A stretch of 32,000 bases of DNA. It comes from Mojavia pulchra JT2-VF2 (lineage in GTDB: Bacteria > Cyanobacteriota > Cyanobacteriia > Cyanobacteriales > Nostocaceae). The stretch spans positions 266,026 through 298,025 of the forward strand of contig JAHHHN010000004.1 in the NCBI GenBank assembly GCA_019359325.1. The letters run 5' to 3'. This document shows, in pieces, positions 25,244-32,000 of the stretch. How positions within the stretch are numbered: the first letter of the stretch is position 1; each line of letters opens with the position of its first letter. The notes below the pieces were generated by a model that had not been told where the DNA came from, ran no database searches, and worked only from the letters and a program-made list of their open reading frames with translations. Both the position numbers and the translations under genes were made by a program.

Positions 25244-28200
25244 ATGGCAACTGAACAGCTAACTAGAGAAAGCGATAGTCTAGATTTAAAACAACTACTG
25301 AGAACACTAACTGCTGTTAAAAAAGGTGATTTTTCTGCTCGGATGCCTATTGAACAAACAGGCATAGCAGGGAAAATAGCCGATACGCTCAACGATATTA
25401 TTGACCAGAATGAGCGGATGGCGGCTGAACTTCAGCGGATTGGTACTGTAGTTGGTAAAGAAGGCAAGATTACTGAACGTGCTTCTCTAGGTAATGTTCG
25501 CGGTTCATGGACAGATTGTGTTAATTCTGTCAATACCCTAATTACAGATTTAGTTCAGCCGACAGCAGAAACTACTCGTGTTATTAGAGCTGTAGCCAAT
25601 GGCGACTTATCCCAAACGATCGCCCCGGAAATTGAAGGCAGACCCCTCAAAGGAGAGTTTCTCCAAACTGCCAATATTGTCAACACAATGGTAGATCGGC
25701 TCGGCTCCTTTGCATCGGAAGTTACAAGGGTTGCTCGTGAGGTGGGAACCGAAGGTAAGCTGGGTGTGCAAGCACAAGTAAACGGCGTGGCTGGTACTTG
25801 GAAGGACTTGACCGATAACGTAAATTTAATGGCAGGTAATCTGACTGGCCAGGTGCGGAATATTGCAGAAGTTGCCACAGCGATCGCTAACGGTGACCTC
25901 TCGAAAAAAATTACAGTTAACGTTAAAGGCGAAATTCTAGAACTCAAGAACACCGTCAACACGATGGTGGATCAGCTCAACTCCTTCGCATCAGAAGTAA
26001 CACGAGTTGCCAGGGAAGTGGGAACCGAAGGTAAGTTGGGTGTGCAAGCAGAAGTACGGGGTGTAGCAGGTACTTGGAGGGATCTTACCGAGTCAGTGAA
26101 TATGATGGCTGGTAATTTGACAGCCCAAGTAAGAAATATTGCTGAAGTGACAACGGCGGTAGCCAATGGTGACCTTTCTAAGAAAGTTACAGTTGATGTT
26201 AAAGGCGAAATTTTAGAGTTGAAAAACACCGTCAACATCATGGTGGATCAACTTAACTCCTTTGCATCAGAAGTAACCAGGGTTGCCCGTGAGGTGGGAG
26301 CAGAAGGTAAATTAGGTGGTCAAGCGGAAGTGCGCGGCGTAGCGGGTACGTGGAAAGACTTGACCGATAGTGTAAACTTCATGGCGGGTAGTTTAACGGC
26401 ACAGGTGCGGAATATTGCCGAAGTCACAACGGCGGTGGCAAATGGCGACCTTTCCAAGAAAATTACCGTCGATGTTAAAGGTGAAATTTTAGAGCTGAAA
26501 AACACGATCAACACAATGGTGGATCAGCTTAATTCTTTTGCATCAGAAGTAACAAGAGTTGCCAGAGAAGTGGGAACCGAAGGTAAGTTAGGCGTACAAG
26601 CCGAAGTGCGTGGTGTGGCGGGTACGTGGAAAGACTTAACCGATAATGTAAACTTAATGGCAGGCAATCTTACCGGACAGGTACGCAACATCGCAGAAGT
26701 TGCCACAGCGATCGCCAACGGTGACCTCTCGAAGAAAATCACTGTCGATGTCAGAGGCGAAATTTTTGAACTTAAGAACACCATCAACATCATGGTGGAT
26801 CAACTTAGTTCCTTCGCTTCAGAAGTAACAAGAGTTGCCCGCGAGGTGGGTAGTGAAGGAAAGTTAGGTGTACAAGCGGATGTGCGCGGTGTGGCGGGTA
26901 CATGGAAAGACTTGACAGACAGCGTGAACTTCATGGCGGGCAGCTTAACAGCCCAAGTGCGTAATATTGCCGAAGTCACAACGGCGGTGGCAACCGGTGA
27001 CCTTTCCAAAAAAATTACCGTCGATGTGAAAGGTGAAATTTTAGAGCTGAAAAATACCATCAATACAATGGTGGATCAACTCAACTCCTTCGCTTCAGAA
27101 GTAACGCGAGTTGCCCGCGAGGTGGGCAGTGAAGGGAAGTTGGGCGTGCAAGCAGAAGTGCGCGGCGTAGCGGGTACGTGGAAAGACTTGACAGACAGCG
27201 TGAACTTCATGGCGGGAAGCTTAACAGCCCAAGTGCGGAACATTGCTGAAGTCACAACGGCGGTGGCAAATGGCGACCTTTCTAAGAAAATCACCGTCGA
27301 TGTTAAAGGCGAAATTTTAGAGTTGAAAAATACCATTAACACGATGGTGGATCAGCTCAGTTCCTTTGCATCAGAAGTAACGCGGGTGGCGCGAGAGGTG
27401 GGAACCGAAGGGAAACTGGGCGTGCAAGCCGAGGTGCGCGGTGTGGCTGGCACATGGAAGGATTTGACTGGTGCGGTGAATATGATGGCGGGTAACCTCA
27501 CTGACCAAGTGCGGAATATCGCGGAAGTAGCCACAGCGATCGCTAATGGTGACCTCTCGAAGAAAATTACTGTCCAAGTCAAAGGTGAAATTTTGGAGTT
27601 GAAGAACACCATTAATATCATGGTGGATCAACTCAACTCCTTTGCATCAGAAGTAACAAGAGTTGCCCGCGAGGTGGGTAGTGAAGGTAAGCTGGGTGTG
27701 CAAGCAGATGTGCGCGGTGTTGCTGGGACGTGGAAGGATCTCACCGATAGCGTGAACTTCATGGCGGGTAGCTTAACAGCCCAAGTACGAAACATCGCTG
27801 CTGTGACAACGGCGGTGGCAAATGGCGACCTCTCCAAGAAAATTTCTGTAGATGTGAAAGGTGAAATTTTAGAGTTGAAAAACACCGTCAACACGATGGT
27901 GGATCAGCTTAACTCCTTCGCCTCAGAAGTCACAAGGGTGGCGCGAGAGGTGGGAACCGAAGGAAAATTAGGTGTACAAGCAGAGGTAAAAGGCGTTGCT
28001 GGTACGTGGAAAGACTTGACAGACAGTGTGAACTTCATGGCGGGAAGCTTGACAGCCCAAGTGCGGAACATTGCCGAAGTGACAACGGCGGTGGCAAATG
28101 GCGACCTCTCGAAGAAAATCACCGTTGATGTGAAAGGTGAAATCTTGGAGTTGAAAAATACCATCAACACGATGGTGGATCAGCTTAACTCCTTCGCCTC

Positions 28201-31200
28201 AGAAGTAACGCGGGTGGCGCGAGAGGTGGGAACCGAAGGTAAATTAGGCGTGCAAGCTTACGTTAGGGGAGTAGCCGGCACTTGGAAAGATTTGACAGAT
28301 AACGTGAACTCGATGGCGGGTAACCTGACAGCCCAGGTGCGGAACATTGCCGAAGTTACTAAAGCGGTGGCAAACGGCGACCTCTCGAAGAAAATTACTG
28401 TTGATGTTAAAGGCGAAATTCTTGAGCTAAAAGACACGATCAACACGATGGTGGATCAGCTCAGTTCCTTTGCATCGGAAGTAACGAGAGTTGCCAGGGA
28501 AGTGGGAACCGAAGGAAAACTGGGCGGTCAAGCGCAAGTCCAAGGTGTTGCTGGTACTTGGAAAGATTTGACAGACAATGTGAACTCAATGGCGGGCAAC
28601 TTAACAGCCCAAGTGCGAGGCATCGCCAGAGTCGTCACAGCAGTTGCTAATGGTGACTTGAAACGAAAATTAATGCTCGATGCTAAGGGAGAAATTGAAA
28701 CCTTAGCAGAGACAATCAACGAGATGATTGACACCCTTGCCACTTTCGCAAATCAGGTAACCACAGTGGCGCGGGAAGTGGGAATTGAAGGGAAGTTAGG
28801 CGGTCAAGCTAAAGTTCCTGGGGCAGCCGGAACTTGGAAAGATTTGACCGACAACGTAAACGAACTTGCTGCCACTCTCACCACTCAGTTACGAGCGATC
28901 GCAGAAGTGGCAACAGCGGTAACAAAAGGCGATTTAACTCGTTCTATTGCCGTTGAAGCTTTAGGAGAAGTGGCGATCCTCAAAGACAACATCAACCAGA
29001 TGATTGCCAACCTCCGAGAGACAACGCAGAAAAACACCGAACAAGACTGGTTAAAAACTAACCTCGCCAAGTTTACCCGGATGCTCCAAGGTCAGCGAGA
29101 CTTGGAAACCGTATCTAAACTGATTCTCTCGGAACTAGCACCTCTGGTAGGAGCGCAACATGGCGTATTCTACCTGATGGAAACACTAGAGCATAACCCT
29201 TATTTAAAACTACTTAGCAGCTATGCTTACCGCGAGCGTAGACATTTGGCTAACCGCTTCTACTTGGGTGAAGGATTGGTAGGACAATGTGCTTTAGAAA
29301 AAGAGCGCATTCTGCTCACCGACGTACCGAGCGATTATGTCAAAATTGGTTCTGGACTGGGTGAAGCCTCTCCACTCAATGCTGTAGTTCTACCCGTACT
29401 ATTTGAAGGGCAAGTAACAGCGGTAATTGAATTAGCTTCTTTCCGCCGCTTTAGCGAGATTCATTTAACATTCTTCGATCAACTCACCGAAAGTATTGCG
29501 ATCGTCCTCAATACGATCGCAGCTTCAATGCGTACAGAAGAATTGCTCAAGCAATCCCAATCTCTAGCAGAAGAACTACAAACCCAGCAAAACGAGCTGC
29601 GAGAAACCAACAAGCGCCTAGAACAACAAGCTCAATCACTCAAAGCTTCTGAAGATTTGCTCAAGAGACAGCAAGAAGAATTACAGCAAACTAATGCCGA
29701 ATTAGAAGAAAAAGCAGAGATGTTGGCGTTGCAAAAGAAAGAAGTTGAGCATAAAAATCTTGAAATAGAACACGCCAGACGGTCTTTGGAAGAAAAAGCC
29801 GAACAATTGGCGCTTTCGTCAAAATACAAGTCTGAGTTTTTAGCTAATATGTCCCACGAACTGCGGACACCACTGAACAGCTTGTTGATTTTGGCGAGGC
29901 TATTAGCAGATAACATTGATGGCAACCTCACCACCAAACAAGTAGAGTACAGCCAAACAATTTACTCAGCAGGTACTGACCTTTTAACGTTAATTAATGA
30001 CATTCTCGATCTCGCCAAAATTGAATCGGGAACTATGTCAATTGAAATGACCCAGATGCTGGTGACAGAGTTAAAAGACCAGACTGAGCGCACCTTCAGC
30101 CAAGTAGCTCAGAACAAAGGACTGGCTTTTACAATTGAATTAGCTCCAGAATTGCCAAAAACCATTTATACCGATGCCAAGCGCTTACAACAAGTCCTGA
30201 AAAATCTGCTTTCCAACGCTTTTAAATTTACAGAGCGAGGAGAGGTACGTTTGCAGATTGAAGTTGCAAAACAGGGATGGAGCCTCAACCAAGATACCCT
30301 CAATCGTGCCCAGCTAGTTATTGCTTTTGCAGTCAGTGATACAGGTATTGGTATTGCCGCCGATAAACAAAAAGTAATTTTCGAGGCGTTTCAGCAAGCC
30401 GATGGTACTACCAGTCGTAAGTATGGTGGTACTGGATTAGGCTTGTCAATTAGCCGTGAAATCGCCCGCCTCTTTGGTGGAGAAATTAAACTTGTCAGTC
30501 AACCCGGTCAAGGTAGTACATTTACGTTCTATCTGCCGCAATTTAATTCTGAGCCACGAGCCTTGAGTCCTAGCCCGGAGTATACCTTAGCACCGTCCAA
30601 GATTCAGCACTCAGCAATTAATACTCAGCACATAACACTTCCTAGTCAGCAAGCACTGGCTTCTCAGCACTCATCGCTCCTAGATGATGATCGCGCCAAT
30701 ATCGTAGATGGCGATCGCGTGCTGCTGATTGTAGAAGATGATATTAACTTTGCGCGCATCCTAATTGAGATGGCTCAAGAGCAAGGATTTAAGGTGATCA
30801 CTGCCCAAACTGGTACTGCTGGACTTACATTGGCACAGCAATTCCAGCCATCAGCCATTTTGTTGGATATCCGCTTGCCAGAAATGGATGGTTGGACAGT
30901 TTTAGACCGCTTAAAGCACGACCCAAATACGCGCCACATTCCCGTACATATCATGACAGTTGAGGAAGGACGGCAGCGTGGTTTACAACTAGGAGCACTC
31001 GCATATCTGCAAAAGCCTGTAACTAGTGAAACCATATCTGAAGCATTAACCAAAATCAAAGGTTTTATTGAACGTCGAGTCAAAAACCTGCTGGTAGTTG
31101 AAGATAACGATACTCAACGGCACAGCATTATCGAATTGATGGGCAATAGCGATGTCACTACCACTGCTGTTAGCACAGGTGCAGAAGCTTTAGAAGCGAT

Positions 31201-31885
31201 TCGCTCACAGCATTTTGATTGTCTTGTCCTCGACTTAGGGCTACCAGATATGAGCGGTTTTGAATTGATCGAGCAGATCAAGCTCCTGCCCAATGGCGAA
31301 TCGCTACCGATTATTGTTTATACTGGCCAAGAACTTACCAGAGGGCAAGAAACTGAACTTAAGCGCATAGCAGATACCATCATCGTCAAAGACGTGCGAT
31401 CGCCCGAACGTCTCCTCGATGAAACAGCATTATTCTTGCACCGCGTCCAAGCAAATTTGCCCGCACCCACACGCCAAATATTAGAACAACTCCAATCAAG
31501 AGACCACTTACTCGCTGGTAAAAAGGTGCTAATTGTAGACGACGATGTACGTAACATCTTTGCGCTGACGAGTATGCTAGAGCGCCATCACATGCAAGTT
31601 TTATACGCTGAAAACGGCAGGGAAGGCATCGCCATGTTACAAAGTACACCAGACATTGATGTCGTTTTAATGGACGTGATGATGCCAGAGATGGACGGTT
31701 ACGAAACAACACGCCTAATTCGCCAAAACGCTCAGTTGAAATCGTTGCCAATCATTGCACTTACCGCTAAAGCCATGCAAGGCGATCGCGAAAAATGTAT
31801 TGAAGCTGGAGCATCCGACTATATCACCAAACCAGTTGATACTGAACAGTTACTTTCGTTATTACGCGTTTGGTTATATAGATGA
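25244..31885 (+). CDS. giant hybrid sensor histidine kinase: poly-HAMP array - GAF - coiled coil - HisKA/HATPase_c - three receiver domains
   Basis: 2213 aa. Thirteen in-phase 92-aa HAMP-pair units are present. The GAF region is [19 protein letters not shown]...VIELASF. The H-box is [15 protein letters not shown] (His codon 29855..29857). The N box is [11 protein letters not shown]1 is DTGIGI, and G2 is [10 protein letters not shown]. The REC domains have [22 protein letters not shown] and [11 protein letters not shown]. Confidence 0.95.
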   Translation: MATEQLTRESDSLDLKQLLRTLTAVKKGDFSARMPIEQTGIAGKIADTLNDIIDQNERMAAELQRIGTVVGKEGKITERASLGNVRGSWTDCVNSVNTLITDLVQPTAETTRVIRAVANGDLSQTIAPEIEGRPLKGEFLQTANIVNTMVDRLGSFASEVTRVAREVGTEGKLGVQAQVNGVAGTWKDLTDNVNLMAGNLTGQVRNIAEVATAIANGDLSKKITVNVKGEILELKNTVNTMVDQLNSFASEVTRVAREVGTEGKLGVQAEVRGVAGTWRDLTESVNMMAGNLTAQVRNIAEVTTAVANGDLSKKVTVDVKGEILELKNTVNIMVDQLNSFASEVTRVAREVGAEGKLGGQAEVRGVAGTWKDLTDSVNFMAGSLTAQVRNIAEVTTAVANGDLSKKITVDVKGEILELKNTINTMVDQLNSFASEVTRVAREVGTEGKLGVQAEVRGVAGTWKDLTDNVNLMAGNLTGQVRNIAEVATAIANGDLSKKITVDVRGEIFELKNTINIMVDQLSSFASEVTRVAREVGSEGKLGVQADVRGVAGTWKDLTDSVNFMAGSLTAQVRNIAEVTTAVATGDLSKKITVDVKGEILELKNTINTMVDQLNSFASEVTRVAREVGSEGKLGVQAEVRGVAGTWKDLTDSVNFMAGSLTAQVRNIAEVTTAVANGDLSKKITVDVKGEILELKNTINTMVDQLSSFASEVTRVAREVGTEGKLGVQAEVRGVAGTWKDLTGAVNMMAGNLTDQVRNIAEVATAIANGDLSKKITVQVKGEILELKNTINIMVDQLNSFASEVTRVAREVGSEGKLGVQADVRGVAGTWKDLTDSVNFMAGSLTAQVRNIAAVTTAVANGDLSKKISVDVKGEILELKNTVNTMVDQLNSFASEVTRVAREVGTEGKLGVQAEVKGVAGTWKDLTDSVNFMAGSLTAQVRNIAEVTTAVANGDLSKKITVDVKGEILELKNTINTMVDQLNSFASEVTRVAREVGTEGKLGVQAYVRGVAGTWKDLTDNVNSMAGNLTAQVRNIAEVTKAVANGDLSKKITVDVKGEILELKDTINTMVDQLSSFASEVTRVAREVGTEGKLGGQAQVQGVAGTWKDLTDNVNSMAGNLTAQVRGIARVVTAVANGDLKRKLMLDAKGEIETLAETINEMIDTLATFANQVTTVAREVGIEGKLGGQAKVPGAAGTWKDLTDNVNELAATLTTQLRAIAEVATAVTKGDLTRSIAVEALGEVAILKDNINQMIANLRETTQKNTEQDWLKTNLAKFTRMLQGQRDLETVSKLILSELAPLVGAQHGVFYLMETLEHNPYLKLLSSYAYRERRHLANRFYLGEGLVGQCALEKERILLTDVPSDYVKIGSGLGEASPLNAVVLPVLFEGQVTAVIELASFRRFSEIHLTFFDQLTESIAIVLNTIAASMRTEELLKQSQSLAEELQTQQNELRETNKRLEQQAQSLKASEDLLKRQQEELQQTNAELEEKAEMLALQKKEVEHKNLEIEHARRSLEEKAEQLALSSKYKSEFLANMSHELRTPLNSLLILARLLADNIDGNLTTKQVEYSQTIYSAGTDLLTLINDILDLAKIESGTMSIEMTQMLVTELKDQTERTFSQVAQNKGLAFTIELAPELPKTIYTDAKRLQQVLKNLLSNAFKFTERGEVRLQIEVAKQGWSLNQDTLNRAQLVIAFAVSDTGIGIAADKQKVIFEAFQQADGTTSRKYGGTGLGLSISREIARLFGGEIKLVSQPGQGSTFTFYLPQFNSEPRALSPSPEYTLAPSKIQHSAINTQHITLPSQQALASQHSSLLDDDRANIVDGDRVLLIVEDDINFARILIEMAQEQGFKVITAQTGTAGLTLAQQFQPSAILLDIRLPEMDGWTVLDRLKHDPNTRHIPVHIMTVEEGRQRGLQLGALAYLQKPVTSETISEALTKIKGFIERRVKNLLVVEDNDTQRHSIIELMGNSDVTTTAVSTGAEALEAIRSQHFDCLVLDLGLPDMSGFELIEQIKLLPNGESLPIIVYTGQELTRGQETELKRIADTIIVKDVRSPERLLDETALFLHRVQANLPAPTRQILEQLQSRDHLLAGKKVLIVDDDVRNIFALTSMLERHHMQVLYAENGREGIAMLQSTPDIDVVLMDVMMPEMDGYETTRLIRQNAQLKSLPIIALTAKAMQGDREKCIEAGASDYITKPVDTEQLLSLLRVWLYR
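25412..29050 (+). repeat. in-frame tandem array of 276-nt (92-codon) HAMP-pair units
   Basis: The conserved ATG of the (M)VDQL block occurs at 25688, 25964, 26240, 26516, 26792, 27068, 27344, 27620, 27896, 28172, 28448, 28724 and 29000. That is twelve consecutive intervals of exactly 276 nt. A diverged leading unit lies at ~25400. Confidence 0.95.
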
Positions 31886-32000
31886 ATCCCCATCTAGAAG
31901 ATATTGAAATTCAATTGCTGCTAGAGGGCATATTCCGTTACTACGGTTTTGACTTTAGGAATTATGCCCTAGCTTCAATGAAGCGCCGCATTTGGAATAC
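31882..32000 (+). CDS. cheR: CheR-type protein-glutamate O-methyltransferase, 5' end (partial, continues past window)
   Basis: The ATG at 31882 overlaps the kinase stop (ATGA). [39 protein letters not shown] matches the CheR N-terminal helical domain pattern (G-x-D-F-x-x-Y...RRI). Confidence 0.7.
   Translation, partial: MNPHLEDIEIQLLLEGIFRYYGFDFRNYALASMKRRIWN

Noticed and set aside
25412-29050. Regular repeat spacing that could suggest a CRISPR array (also considered for the heptamer array at 8474..8515)
   Set aside because: The 276-nt units are contiguous coding repeats with no unique spacers. The heptamers are far too short. No cas genes and no repeat-spacer architecture occur anywhere in the window.
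25555-29070. A ladder of 61-135-aa minus-strand ORFs spaced about 276 nt apart (25555..25962, 25972..26241, ... 28885..29070)
   Set aside because: They are antisense shadows of the poly-HAMP repeat. Their periodicity simply mirrors the sense-strand repeat, and their sequences are low-complexity (S/T/P/A-rich). The sense ORF is a coherent 2213-aa kinase.

Overview
This window comes from a cyanobacterial chromosome rich in HIP1 (GCGATCGC) sites. Gene content and order fit a filamentous Nostoc/Anabaena-type genome.

- **Left third (1-8.4 kb):** a housekeeping block, purC - omp85/bamA - lpxC - fabZ - lpxA - lpxB (outer membrane and lipid A).
- **Centre (8.5-23.6 kb):** a C5-cytosine DNA methyltransferase gene split at its catalytic PCQ motif by an integrated element of about 13.8 kb (approx 8753..22542).
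  - The element opens with a six-gene operon of overlapping or near-abutting genes: three tyrosine recombinases, an HTH/coiled-coil protein, an intact paralogue of the disrupted methyltransferase, and a DnaB-family helicase.
  - The opposite strand carries a decayed type I R-M locus (hsdM plus an in-frame hsdS'-'hsdR fusion), headed by a glycine-zipper membrane protein.
  - The element ends with an XRE-type regulator, a very acidic small protein, a strong terminator, and an AT-rich right end whose 11-bp repeat is inverted relative to the left end.
- **Right third:** a nucleotidyltransferase-fold protein, then a 2213-aa hybrid histidine kinase with a ~3.6-kb in-phase poly-HAMP array, GAF, HisKA/HATPase and three receiver domains, then the start of a CheR-type methyltransferase.

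The most interesting object is the three-recombinase (GInt/Tn554-like) element. It targets the most conserved codons of a methyltransferase gene while carrying its own replacement copy and a replicative helicase in the same operon as the recombinases.
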